A DNA stretch of 64,000 nt, taken from the NCBI RefSeq assembly GCF_009914755.1, contig NC_060937.1. One strand, given 5' to 3'. Below the pieces are notes generated by a model. It was not told the origin of the DNA. It made no database searches and was given only the letters and a program-made list of their open reading frames with translations. How positions within the stretch are numbered: position 1 is the stretch's first letter; every line of letters begins with the position of its first letter. Shown here piece after piece: positions 41,873-56,500 of this stretch. The stretch is from the human T2T-CHM13v2.0 reference genome, Homo sapiens. A program made the position numbers and the translations under genes.

Positions 41873-44513
41873 TTGTTTTTTTTTTTGCTTTCCATTTGCT
41901 TGGTAAGTATTCCTCCATCCCTTTATTTTGAGCCTATGTGTGTCTTTGCATGTGAGACGGGTCTCCTGAATACAGCACACCGATGGGTCTTGACTCTTTT
42001 TCCAATTTGCCCCAGTCTCTGTCTTTTAATTGGGGCATTTAGCCAGTTTACATTTGCAGTTAATTTTGTTATGTGTGAATTAATCCTGTCATCATGATGC
42101 TAGTTGGTTATTTTGCACATTAATTGATGCAGTTTCTTCATAATGTCGTTGGTCTTTACATTTTGGTATATTTTTGCAGTACCTGGTACTGGTTGTTCCT
42201 TTCCGTGGTTAGTGCTTCCTTCAGGAGCGTCTTATAAGGCAGGCCTTGTGGTGACAATATCTCTCAGCATTTGCTTGTCTGTAAAGGATTTTATTTCTCC
42301 TTCACTTATGAAGCTTAGTTTGCCTGGATATGAAATTCTGAGTTGAAAATTCTTTTCTTTAAGAATGTTGAATATTGGCCACCACTTTCTTCTGGCTTGT
42401 AGGGTTTCTGCAGAGAGATCCACTGTTAGTCTGATGGGCCTTCCTTTGTAGGTAACCTGACCTTTCTCTCTGACTGCCCTGAATATTTTTTCCTTTGTTT
42501 CAACCTTGGTGAATCTGATGATTATGTGTCTTGGGGTTGCTCTTCTCGAGGAGTATCTTAGTGGTGTTCTCTGTATTTCCTGAATTTGAATATTGGCCTG
42601 TATTGCTAGGTTGAGGAAGTTCTCCTGGATAATATCCTGAAGTGTATTTTCCAACTTGGTTCCATTCTTTCTGTCACTTTCAGGTACACCAATCAAACAT
42701 CAGTTTGGTCTTTCCACATAGTCCCATATTTCTTGGTGGCTTTATTCATTTCTTTTCATTCTTTTTCCTCTAATCTTGTCTTCATGCTTCATTTCATTAA
42801 GTTGATCTTCAGTGTCTGATATCCTTTCTTCTGCTTGATGGATTTGGCTATTGATACTTGTGTATGCTTCACGAAGTTCTCTTGCTGTGTTTTTCAGCTC
42901 TATCAAGTCATTTATGTTCTTCTCTAAACTGGTTGTTCTATATAGCAGTTCCTGTAAGCTTTTATCAAGGTTCTTAGCTTCCTCATATTGGGTTAGGACA
43001 TGCTCCTTTAGCTTGGAGGAGTTAGTTATTACCCACTGTCTGAATCCTACTTCTGTCAATTCATCATATTCATTCTCTGTGCAGTTCTGTGCCTGTGCTG
43101 GTGAGGAATTGTGATCCTTTGGAGAAGAGGTGTTCTGGTTTTTGGAGTTTTCAGCATTTTTTTGCTGTTTTTTTTTTTTTTTTCCCCCATCTTTGTGGAT
43201 TTATCTACCTTTGATCTTTGATGCTCATGACCTTTAGATGGGGTTTTGTGTGCATGTTCTTTTTGTTGATGTTGATGTTATTTCTTCCTATTTGCTAGTT
43301 TTCCTTCTAACAGTCAGGCCCCTCTATTGCTGGTCTGCTGGAATTTGCTGGAGGTCTACTCCAGACCCTCTTTTTGTGGGTATCACTGGCAGAGGCTGCA
43401 GAACAGCAAAGATTGCTGCCTGTTCCTTCCTCTGGAAGCTTCATCCCAGAGGGGCACCTGCCACATGCCAGCCAGAGCTCTCCTGGATGTGGTGTCTGTT
43501 GACCCCTGCTGGGAAGTGTCTCCCAGTCAGGAGGCACGGGGGTCAGGGATCCACTTGAGGAGGCAGTCCATCCCTTAGCAGAGCTCGAGAACTGTGCTGG
43601 GAGATCTGCTGCTTTCTTCAGAGCTGGCAGGCAGGAACGTTTAAGTCTGCTGAAGGTGTGCCCATAGCCGTCCTCTTCCCCCAGGTGCTCTGTCCCAGGG
43701 AGATCGGAGTTTTATCTGTAAGCCCCTGACTGGGGCTGCCGCCTTTCTTTCTGAGATGACCTGCCCAGTGAGGAGGAATCTAGAGAGGTAGTCTGGCCAC
43801 AGCCACTTTGCCACACTGCCGTGGGTTCCACCCAGTCCAAACTTTCTGGCAGCTTCGTTTACACTGTGAGGGGAAACTGCCTACTCAGGTTTCAGTAATG
43901 GCGGATGTCCCTTCCTTCATCAAGCTCGAGTGTCCCAGGTCGATTCAGAGTGCTGCTGGCAGCGAGTATTTCAAGCCAGTGGATCTTAGCTTGCTGGGCT
44001 CCATGGGGTGGGATCCGCTGAGCAAGACCACTTGGCTCCCTGACTTCAGACCCCTTTCCAGGGGGAGTGAATGGTTCTGTCTTGCTGGGGTTCCAGGTGC
44101 CACTGGGATACGAAAAGAAACTCCCGCAGCTAGCTCGGTGTCTTCCCCAATAGCTGCTCTATTTTGTGCTTGAAACCCAGGGCCCTGGTGGTGCAGGCAC
44201 ATGAGGGAATCTCCTGGTCTGTGGGTTGAAAAAACTGTGGGAAAAGGATAGTATCTGGGCTGGATAGCAGAGTCCCTTATGGCTTCCCTTGGCTATGGGA
44301 GGGAGGTCCCCAGCCCCTTGCACTTCCCGGGTGAGCTGACACCCCACCCTGCTTCTGCTCACCCTGCATGGGCTACACTGACTGTCTAACCAGTCCCAAT
44401 GTGATGAACCGGGTATTTCAGTTGGAAATGCAGAAATCACTGGCCTTCTAAATTGGTCTCACTGGGAGCTGCAGACTGGAGCGTTTTCTATTCGGCCATC
44501 TTGGAAAAACCTC
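41873..44513 (-). mobile_element. L1PA7/8 5' portion only (5' UTR, ORF1, start of ORF2); no 3' end adjacent
   Basis: ORF1 fragments 42232-43059; 5' end gaggtttttccaagatggccgaatag; stops at the ORF2 A-tract equivalent to ~29045. Confidence 0.93.
43898..44173 (+). CDS. Second L1 ORF0-like antisense ORF, 91 aa (expression unknown)
   Basis: Same gtaATGG start context as 31046; MADVPSFIKLECPRS...FKPVDLSLLGS; open despite apparent compensating indels. Confidence 0.3.
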   Translation: MADVPSFIKLECPRSIQSAAGSEYFKPVDLSLLGSMGWDPLSKTTWLPDFRPLSRGSEWFCLAGVPGATGIRKETPAASSVSSPIAALFCA

Positions 44514-44514
44514 A

Positions 44515-44655
44515 TGGCTGTACAATTTACAGCTCACCAGTTTTACAAATTCCCACCAACAGTGCACAAGAGTTTCAGTTTTCCCACACCCTCCCTAATA
44601 CTTATCTTTTGCATTTTTGATAGTGCCCATCCTAATGGGTGTGAGGTGGCATCAG
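44515..44655 (-). mobile_element. L1MB, part 2 (continuation of 24130-24758)
   Basis: tggctgtacaattt...ttcccaccaacagtgcacaaga...catcctaatgggtgtgaggtgg resumes where part 1 stops. Confidence 0.85.
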
Positions 44656-45524
44656 TATGAGCTATTTTAAACAGAAGTACTACAAGCACCCATGTTTCAA
44701 CCATGAAAGTTTAACATAATATTTTCCATAATTTGATTCTTAAGGAAATAGACGTTAATTACCCTTTAGTTGAATTTTTCTGTAGACCTCTACTCAACCC
44801 CAATGTCCTCTTTCATTCTGAATTTGCTACTTATCAGTTTTGTGCCTGTGTTTTATAATTTTACTATACATATTTGTACCTATACTTAAAATATAGTATT
44901 TTATGTATTTTTAATTTTTACAGCAATGGTATTATATTCTGTGACTTGCTTTCTTCATGATCCATTATTTTTGAAATATATTCATATTGATACATCATTT
45001 AGCTTGGGTTTTTCCTAATAACTATTACATAGGCATACCTTGGAGATACTGCAGATTCTGTTTCAAACCACTGCTATAAAGGTGAGTCATAGGACATTTT
45101 TGTTTTTCAGTGCGTATAAAACTTATGGTTACACTATAGTCTATTAAGTGTGCTATAGCATTATGTCTAAAAAATATACATACCTTAATTTAAAAATACT
45201 TTATTGTTGAAAATTCTAATATCACTTGAGCCTTCAGCAAGTCATAATTTTTTTGTCGTGGTGGTTCTTGCTTTGATGGTGGTTGCTGAAGGTTGGAGTG
45301 GCTGTGGCAATTTCTAAATTTAAGGGAACATTGAAGTTTTTTACAATGACTGATTCTTCCTTTCACAAATGATTTCTCTGTAACACATGATGCTGTTTGA
45401 TAGCATTTTACCAACAGAACTTTTTCTTTAATGGAGTCAGTCTTCTCAAACTGCTGCTGCTGCTATATCAACCAAGTTTATCTAAGATTTTAAATTCTTT
45501 TTTGTCATTTCAACAATGTTCACA

Positions 45525-45850
45525 GGCCAGGTGTCCTGGCTCATGTCTGTAATCTTAGCACTTTGGGAGGCCAAGTCAGGAAGATTGCTTGAGATCAGGA
45601 GTTGGAGACCAGCCTGGGCAACATAATAAGACCTGGTCTCCACAAAGAAATTTTAAAAATTAGCTGGGCTTGGTGATGCATGCCTGTAGTCCCAGCTACT
45701 GAGGCTGAGGCAGGAGTATTCCTTGAGTCCAGGAGGTCATGGCTACAGTGAGTTATGATTGTGCCATCATACTCCAGCCTGAACAAAAGAGTGAGACCTT
45801 GTCCCTCCCCGCCAAAACCAAACCAAAACAAAACAAAACAAAAAAAAAAC
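45525..45850 (+). mobile_element. AluJ inside Tigger1
   Basis: Dimeric Alu with gattgcttgag, ggctacagtgagttatgat; (caaaa)n tail. Confidence 0.92.
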
Positions 45851-46640
45851 ACCTAAAAACCCCAGTGTTTACAGTGTCTTCATGGGGAGTAGATATTCAA
45901 TTTCATGAAACCACTTTCTGTGCTCATCCAAAGGAAGCAACTCCCTATCTGTTTATGTTGTATCATAAAATTGCAAGTTATACCTTCAGCCTCGCCTTCT
46001 AATTCTCATTCGTTTGCTATTTCTACCACACACAGTGACTTCTTCCACTGAAGTCCTGAACCCCTCAAAGTCCTCTATGTGGGTTGGAATCAATTTCTTT
46101 CAAACTGCTGTTAATTTGAATATTTTGACTTCTTCCTGTGAATTAGAAATGTTCTTAATGGTTTCTAGAATGGTAAATCCTTTCCGATAGGTTTTCAATT
46201 TACTTTGCCCAGATCCATTAAGGGAATCATTGTCTATGGCAGCTATAGCCCTACAAAATGTATTTCTTAAGTAATAAGGCTTGAAAGTCATAATTACTTC
46301 CTTGATTCAGGGGCCACAGAATGGATATTGTGTTAGCAGACATGAAAATAAGTGTCCTTTTTCATCTCCATCAGAGCGCTTGAGTGAGTGACCAGGTGCA
46401 TTGTCAATGAGCAGTAATATTTTGAGAGGAATCTTTTCTTCTGAGCAGTAGATCTCAACAGTGGACTTAAAATATATAGTAAATCATGCTGTAAATAGAT
46501 GTGCTATCATCCAGGCTTTGTTGTTCCATTTCTAGAGCACAGGCACAGACGATTTAGCATAATTGTTTAAGGCCCTAGGATTTTCACAAAGGTAAATGAA
46601 CATTGGCGTTAACTTAAAGTTTCCAATTGCATTCATTTCT

Positions 46641-47220
46641 TTTTTTTTTTTGTCATATATATATTTTTTATTATACTTTAAGTTTTAGGGTACATGTGCA
46701 CATTGTGCAGGTTAGTTACATATGTATACATGTGCCATGCTGGTGCGCTGCACCCGCTAACTCGTCATCTAGCATTAGGTATATCTCCCAATGCTATCCC
46801 TCCCCCCTCCCCCCACCCCACCACAGTCCCCAGAGTGTGATATTCCCCTTGCTGTGTCCATGTGATCTCATTGTTCAATTTCCACCTATGAGTGAGAATA
46901 TGCGGTGTTTGGTTTTTTGTTCTTGCGATAGTTTACTGAGAATGATGATTTCCAATTTCATCCATGTCCCTACAAAGAACATGAACTCATCATTTTTTAT
47001 GGCTGCATAGTATTCCATGGTGTATATGTGCCACATTTTCTTAATCCAGTCTATCATTGTTGGACATTTGGGTTGGTTCCAAGTCTTTGCTATTGTGAAT
47101 AATGCCGCAATAAACATACGTGTGCATGTGTGTTTATAGCAGCATGATTTATAGTCCTTTGGGTATATACCCAGTAATGGGATGGCTGGGTGAAATGGTA
47201 TTTCTAGTTCTAGATCCCTG
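46641..47220 (-). mobile_element. 5'-truncated L1PA2 inside Tigger1
   Basis: ctcgtcatctagcattaggtatatctcccaatgc and tgtgatctcattg are L1PA2-type; perfect TSD tgcattcatttct at 46628-46640 and 47219-47231. Confidence 0.93.
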
Positions 47221-47596
47221 CATTCATTTCTAACAAGAGAGTTAGCCTGTCCTTTGAAGCTTTGAAGCCAGGCATTGACTTCTCCTCTCTAGTTAGGAAG
47301 GTCCTAGATGGCATCTTCTGATAGAAGACTGTTTCATCTACATTTAAAATCTGTTGTTTAGTGTAGCCATCTTCATCAGTTATCTTAGCTAATCATCTGG
47401 ATAACTTTCTGCCGCTTTTCCATCAGTACTTGCTGCTTCACCTTTTACTTTAATGTTGTGGAGGAACCCACCTCTGCCAACTTGGAAGTTTTCTTCTGAA
47501 GCTTCTTTACCTCTCTCAGCCTTCATAGAATTGAAGAGAGCTGGGATGTTGCTCTGGATTATGGTTTGGCTTAAGGGAATGTTGTGGTTGGTTTGA

Positions 47597-47985
<389 letters not shown>

Positions 47986-49624
47986 CTGGAATAGCACTTT
48001 TAATTGCCTTCAAGAACTTTTCCTTTGCACTCACAGCTTGGCTATTTGGTGCAAGAGGCTTAGCTTTCAGCTTATTTTGGCTTTTGACATGCTTTCCTCA
48101 CTAAGCTGAATCATTTCTAGCTTTGGAGTTCAAGTAAGAGATATGTGACTCTTCCTTTTGACTGAACACTTAGAGCTCATCGTAGGTTATTAATTGGCCT
48201 AATTTCAATATTGTTGTGCCTTGGGGAATAGGGAGTCCCAAGGAGAGGGAGAGGGACAGGGAAGAGCCTGTCAATGGATCAGTCAGAACACATACAATGT
48301 TTATCAATTAAATTTGCCATCTTATATGGATATGGTTTTTGTGTTGCCTCAAAATAATTGCTGCAGTAATATCAAATGTCACTGATCACAGATCACCATA
48401 ACAGATATAATAATAATGAAAAAGTTTGAAAGATTGTGAAAATTACCAGAATGTGACACAGAAACAAAGAATGAACATGTGTTGTTGGAAAAATGGCACT
48501 GAGAAGTAGATTACACCACAGGGTTTCCGCAGACCTTCAACTTGTAAACAATGTGATATCTGCAAAACACAAGAAAGCAAAGCACGATAGAATGAGGCAT
48601 GCCTGTGTAGTGTTCTGGTGAAGTATATATTACAAACTATATATCAATTATCCTATTGATAGTCCCATAGTTATTCTACTTTAGACTATTTCCAACAATA
48701 GAGGTGTGAATATCCCTCTACATCGTTCTCTCACAGTCTTCCTCCTCCAGGGTTCCCTAGAGAATTAACCCTAATGCCCTATGTCACCCACTCTATGTAG
48801 GAATTAGCTTCTCACCTGCCTGTGCATCTAGAACAGCTATGAAACATCCTTGGGAGATTTGAGAAAATCCCTCAAAACGTGTTCTGAGTTTTATGGTTCA
48901 GAGGAGAACCACAGATTGTGAAAGTCTCTGAGTAGAATTCCTGGGTCATAGGGTTAGTATATTGTTCTTACCTTATGTTAAAAGGCAATGGCCAAATGCC
49001 ATTCAAAGTATTTTCCAATTAACATTCCCCAGCACTGTGTAAGTAGTTTATTCTCCATTTTTGGTGATAGTTGTTATTCCCAGACTTTTTTTGTGCCAAC
49101 TAAGCAGTGTAGATGGTATCTTATTGTTTTAATTTTCAGTTTCTGATTATTAGCCTGAGTACATTTTTTATATATATTTTTGGTGTTTGGGATTTCTACA
49201 AATTGCTGGTTTATATAATTCCCACATTTCTATTTGGGTTTTATCTTTTTCCTATTTTAGACTTCTTTATATATCCTGGTTACTAATCATGTGTTATGGA
49301 TAACAAATATATTTTAAATTTACTTATGGTGCCTTTTTTAGATAGAAGTTTTTAATTTTATTTTTAATCAAATTTATCATTCTTTTTCATTATGATTTGT
49401 GTTCTTTTTGTTTCTTTAGAAATTCTTAAAGTTTTAGTCCAGTTTACCATTCATTTCCATTATTGTTTGTGCTGTTTTTGTTTCTTTAGAAATCTTCCTT
49501 ACCTGTGTTTTTTTCCCAATATATTTTCCATAAGGTTTCAAGTTTCACTTTTCATATTATAGTTCTTATTTCTCCTGCAACTGATCAACTGATTTTTATG
49601 GATACCATGCGATAGATGTCTCAT

Positions 49625-49794
49625 TTTATTTTCTTTTTAGAGATAGAGTCTCACTATATTGCCCAGACTGGAGTGCAGTGGCTATTTATAGGCACCATCA
49701 TAGCACACTAGAGCCTTGAACTCCTAGCTCAAACAATCCTCCTGCCTCAGCCTTCCGAGTAGTGGGCCTACTGGCAGATGACACCATGCCCAGC
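49625..49794 (-). mobile_element. FAM (fossil Alu monomer)
   Basis: ggagtgcagtggctatttataggcaccatcatagcacacta, the 7SL-like segment found in FAM; monomer length. Confidence 0.8.
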
Positions 49795-50214
49795 TTAATT
49801 TTATTTGATTTTTTACAGAAATAACTGGCAGTTCAGGAACTATTTATTTAAGTTTGTCTTTGCACATGTCCGTGGTTAACTGCTGTGTCATTGATTTTAC
49901 TTGTGTGTAGGCTTGTTTCTGAGCTCTCTATTCTATTGTAGTCTGTCTGTTTATCACTGTACTAGTACTGCACCATTTTAATTTTTATAATTTTAGCATA
50001 AATTTTGAGATCTGGCAGGGAGATTTCTGCCATTCTTTTTTCTTTATTATTCTCTTATCTGTTCTTGAACCTTTGTTTTTATGTATGAATTTTAGGATTA
50101 ATTTGTGCAGTTGTTAGGATTTATATTAAAATTATTCTTCGAGTTAATAGAATAATTTTGGGATAACTGATATTTATGATCTTTTCTTTTTCAAGTGAAT
50201 ATGCTATATCTTTG

Positions 50215-51911
50215 TGATGGAGGTGGTGGCCTGTCTGGAGCAGACGCTGCCATGATGCCACCTGCAGTGGGAGAGGCGTAGCTGGGGCTGCATGCTCCAC
50301 AGAGCCAGCAGGAGCCAGGAACGGGTGAGAACCCCACCCCTTCCAAGTTGGAGGGGTGGGAGCCCCGCCCTCCTGGGTGCAGCTGCAGCTGCCCAACCAT
50401 GGCTGTGGACCCAGGCATCTCTGCACTCTCAGGCCCAGGAAGACTCCCTTTCCTACAGGCTCAGAAGTGCCTGCTGTCACTGCCTGACCTCTCCCCTCTC
50501 CTGGCATCTGCTCCAATTGCTGAGCAAAGTTGTGGCCAATCCCCAGTGCTGTCACAACCCAGCTAGGTGTGCACACACTCAGGACATCACCAACATGCCA
50601 GCTCTGAGCTGTCTCGGCCCCCTCTGGACTTTGGGCACCAACGAACATGGGACAGAGGCCAAGTCAGGACTAAGGGTGGCTCAGTGTAGGCCCACAGACA
50701 CCCCTTGGCACAAACAGTCTGGACACTGTGGGCACCATGGATGGCAGGTTAATGGCAGCAGGAGGCAGATGGGCTCCTGGGCAGAAAGGGGTGGGTCCCT
50801 AGTGAAACCCCACCCTCATGTCAGGGATAGCCCAAGGCCTGGGGGCCCAGGCTGCCAGTTCTGTGGACTGGAGTGAGAACTTACGGTGCTTTCTTTGGGC
50901 CTGTCCATGGCCACCCATGGACAAATCAGCATGGAATTTCTCCCCTCTGAAGCCCATAAAATCCCTGGACTCAACCAGACTGGGGCAGGTGACAGGATGA
51001 CCTGCCTGTGGAGTGGAGCTACCCACTGTGGGCCTCCTCTTTGCTGAGAACTGAACAGATGATGGATGCCCTGCCTGTGGAGAGCTACATACTGTGGGTC
51101 TCCCCTCTGCTGAGAGCTGAGTAGACTTCAGGACAACCTGCCCGTGGACATGAGCTACTCACTGCAGGTCTCCCCTCTGCTGAGAGCTGAACAGATGTTG
51201 GGACAACCTGTCTGCAGAGAGTAGCTACCCACTGCAAGTCTCCTCTGAGATGTTCTGACACTCAATAAAGCACCTCTTTGTCTGGCTCACGCTCCACCTC
51301 TCCATGAGCCTCATTCTTCCTGGACATGGGACAAGAACTTGGGACCCATTGAATTGTGTGGCCAAAAGAACTGTAACACAAACAGGCTGAAACATGCCCC
51401 TTGCTCACCATGTTGGAGGTGATGAGAAGGAGAGAAGAAAGGAGAGAGGATCTGTGGCCCTCCTGGGAGTCCAGAACTAGGAGCTCCCTGAGCCAGGGCT
51501 GTGACACCCTCTTTGGAGTTCTGCAGTTCCTTTTGTCCTCAAGCTTCCAGGAGCCACCACATTCCCTGTGCCAGCCATGAAAGCTGCTTGTGGTACATCT
51601 GGTCCAACCACAGCCTTGCACGGAACCAGCGCCTGTGCTGGCACCTGGAGCTGTCTGCCCTGCTGCAGCCACCATGCCTGGCTGTGCACAGTGGCTGGAC
51701 CCCACACTCTCTCACTCACACATTCCTTGCTGCTCCACACCTGGTTGCCCTTGGCAGGAATGGGATCCAGGCTGGTAGCACAAGTGGAGCGCAACCTGCC
51801 AGGTTGAGTGGGTGGAACGAGCCCAGTGGACCCAAGCAAAACTCAGGTAAAGGTGCCACTGGCCATAAAGGTTTCTGGCCAGAAAAGTGACACCCCAAGG
51901 ATCCTATGACA
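50215..51911 (+). mobile_element. MER52A-type solo LTR (ERV1), ~1.7 kb, GC-rich
   Basis: TG...CA ends; 4-bp TSD tttg at 50211-50214 and 51912-51915; internal tandem gagctacccactg..ggtctcc..tctgctgagagctga units (51000-51250); aataaa near 51264. Confidence 0.9.
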
Positions 51912-54063
51912 TTTGCATATGATCAAGTGCTCTCGTAGTACCTTGGCAATATATTGTAATTTACTTCAAAAAGGCCCTTCATGTCTTCTGTAAGATGTAG
52001 TCCTGAGTGCTTTACATTTTTCCAGCTATTATCCCTTCAAATATTTCTCTTACGCTTTATTTATTTTCCATGTTGCTTAGCTACTCTTTTTTTAATGTCT
52101 TTTTTTTTATACTGTTCTTCATTGCACAGTCCAGAGTTAATCCCATCTGGACTGTTTTTATTTATTTAAATGGCCAAATCTTTTATTTCCAAAAATTCTA
52201 ATTATATCTCTCCTATATCTATATGTTGTTTTATAGCTGTTTTGTTCCATAATTTGGGGGTATTTTTAAAATGGGTGTACCTTAATTTATTTTCTAAGTA
52301 TCCTAAATATTCTTATTTTAAAATCTTCATCAGTCTGGTCCATAAATTTAATTCTTTTGTGATAAATTCATGTAGTGCTTTTTGCTGTCTTTCTTAGCAT
52401 TGTGTGGCTTAAGTAGTTTTGTAGCTTTTGTTCACAGGCTCATTTTGTTGTTGCTACTGTTTCTCTTTTTCCCACAATATTTGCCCTCCCTATTTAGTGG
52501 TTATGTCCACCAAGTTCTGGGGCCTCCAATCCACCAAGTTCTGGAGACTCCAATCCAGAATGAGGTCTTCACAGGCAACTTGAGCTCCTGTCCAATGATG
52601 ATATTATTACTGATCCAATCACTGCACCAGGGTTTAGTGGGAGTTGAGGGGCTGCGGTGGTTCCTGGTCACCAGGCTGTGTCTGCTTCCTCCACCTTTCC
52701 TAGGGCTGCAGCCTCCCAGAAGCTGGGGCCCAGGCATCAGTGAGCAGCAGGCTTTGCTCAGCTTCCTTCACAAGACTGGCTCCTTGTCAGCCTACCCTGG
52801 GCAGCAGAGCACACCCAGTTCCTGCCTCCTGTAGGAGCCTGCCTGCAGCCTGGGAGCCTGGTGAGCTGAAGGCTCAAGCCCTTCCCTGTCTTTGTGTTCT
52901 CTTCCAATTCTGATTCTCAACTCTTTCTTCATTTGCAAGAGGACCATGGTTTCTTCTATTTATATTTTTAATCCGTTACTGGCATATGTCAGAGCAGAGG
53001 ATATACATCATAGTGTGATCATATTTTGCCCTTTCAACCCATCCTCAAATCTGATTTAAAAAAATAATTTCCAAAGTTATGCAGTGTTATTGTAAGATTT
53101 TCCTATCACAACGGGGCAATTGTGTACATTTCAACCCCCTGCTTCTGTCTCTCTTTACACAGTCATAGAATTGAGGGTGACATTCTTTTGGTAAATCATA
53201 TCATGATCCACCAGCTGAAAGATTAATTCAAGAAAGATGATTAGAAAGAGACATCTGAATAGTTTATCTGAGCCATAAGCATGGACATCAGTGACAGGAT
53301 TTAAATAGCTGAAATGAATTCTCTTTAGTTTCCTTGTCGTAACAAATTAGCATCAAAATGTTTTTACCAGTTTAGGTAAGGTGGTGTCAGAAAATCTGAC
53401 GGTTTTTTGCTGATCATAAGTTATCGCTGTGCTCATGTGCTGACCGAAAGAATATTTTCTGTTAATAGAATATCTAGTGTGTGTTTTGGAACAAGAATGA
53501 TAATACAGTATTAGTATTGTCCTGGGATGTACCATACTCTGTGTAATTTTTTTCAACAATTTGTCAACAGTCTAAGTAAATAAGAAATTGCGCCTTCTCT
53601 TTAGTAAACTGTGTATGTTCATTACTTCAAGCTTATAGAACAACAATGGTAATCAACCTGAAATTGATATGTCCTTTAGAATTAGGGTTGTATCTCCAAA
53701 AATGCCATATTAAATTTTGGTTAGTGCTGGCCGTACTTTCTAGTGTTCTGCTGAGTTAATATTAGCCTGCATCTCATCTTCATCATTCCACCCAACCTTA
53801 AACCATGCCAGAGAAGCAGCCTCCCCCAGATTAAAAAGATAACATTACATATTCTTCATGGGGCTGTCAGATTTACATTCACTTTAGGTTAAGTTAAAAG
53901 ATACATGTTTAAAAGATGAAAATGGAATAAAGATACTTGGAAATAGTTCATTGTAGGTTTCACCAAATAATATTTGACATGTACAGTGAAATTTAACTGC
54001 TAAACTTAGGTGGCTTTTCATATTCTCATTTATACTATCAAGAGAAGGGGATGACAGCATTTG

Positions 54064-54123
54064 ACTTAAAATATTAAAATATCAAAGCTTTTCACTTAAA
54101 ATATTAAAATATCAAAGCTTTTC
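54064..54123. repeat. Perfect tandem duplication, 2 x 30 bp
   Basis: acttaaaatattaaaatatcaaagcttttc twice. Confidence 0.97.
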
Positions 54124-54658
54124 AGATGAAGAATTCAGAGAGCTAGGCACCTTCCCTCGGTCAGAGGCCACCATCACTTGATACTTCAAGGAAACTTCAT
54201 TTGCACTCCCAAAACAGGACCTGTATTTGTTGTTTTGATATTTTAAAATTTTAAATATTAGATAAATATTAATTTTTTTCTCCAAAGCTTTTAAGACTAT
54301 AAAATTTAGTAGGGTTCATCAGAATTCTAAAATGTGGAAATAAATTCCTTAAAACTTGAATTACCTTATTTATACTTGAAGTCTCTTTAATATTAAAATT
54401 TTTACTGAGGAAAAGGAATCTATGCCTTTGAATAGCCAAAGGAAAAATATTTGAATAAATAGAAATAATCAATAGCCATACATGTAAGCTTTGTTACTTT
54501 TAAAGCTTTACTTAAAAGCCAAAATTAAGCCATTGTAAAGATGTTGTTTGATCTCAGAATCCTTTCAAGAAGAGTGATTACAGGTTTCAGAATGATAGCA
54601 GGGTTCTCAAGTCTTCTCTTCCCTTCTTACATGTGTCCTGGACTCGAATCTGCATAGG

Positions 54659-55003
<345 letters not shown>

Positions 55004-55649
55004 TCATGACAAATTGAGAGAGGTTTGCCCCTCTTTGGGAGTTTCAGCTATTGATTAAATATCTCTTTGCCACTATGAATGTGTCTGTAGCACCCAGGCA
55101 AGTGACTCGAGGGGCTCGCTGTCTTAAGCTGCACCAAGTGACCTGAGCCCTTTGGCTTCTCTTCCTGCCAGAGAAGAAGCCAAGAATTAAATCAAGCCAA
55201 TCTCTTGAATTTGCTTCTAAGACAGCTTCCATACCATCATACCAAGGAGAATCTGAGGGTTTTCTGGTGCTACATGGGTTGGCATTCTTTCCTTTTGTGG
55301 AAAACAAGGGAAGATGAAATTATAGGCAGGAATGCTATCTCTCTAACCTCTGAGAGGGAAGTTACTTTATCCTTGGAATAAAACTGTTAGGCTTTGCTGT
55401 TGCACACTCCACCAAACAAGAGAGTCATGTGCTACTCCTAGAAGTTACATACTATTTCTATTATGCAATCTAGGGCCTCTCAAACTTGGCAGTGAAAAGA
55501 AAACACATGCCATAGAGAATATTAAGGTGTGGATGGCTGAAAGTCCCATGTTTTGTTAAAGTCTTATGTGTCTTCCAAACAATTATGTAACTTTTGTATT
55601 CTATTCCAAAACATATCCAGTTTTATATTAATAGAATTATAGTGTTTTT

Positions 55650-56500
<851 letters not shown>

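Noticed and set aside
46641-46670. Interrupted L1PA2 tail as a mini 3' transduction
   Set aside because: Only ~12 non-A bases, mostly (TA)n; indistinguishable from tail decay
49347-49497. ~70-bp diverged tandem duplication
   Set aside because: Old slippage event within decayed L1ME with no functional indication
50121-51898. Many overlapping 60-194 aa ORFs resembling a gene or CpG island
   Set aside because: All lie in the GC-rich MER52 LTR, which is stop-poor on both strands; no recognisable domains
52506-52553. 24-bp imperfect tandem duplication within a 150-aa ORF (52382-52834)
   Set aside because: Ordinary small duplication; the ORF is low-complexity, starts at a non-ATG codon and resembles no known protein
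53386-53408. gtcaga-aaa-tctgac hairpin followed by a T-run, terminator-like
   Set aside because: A 6-bp stem is expected by chance, and Rho-independent terminators are irrelevant in primate nuclear DNA
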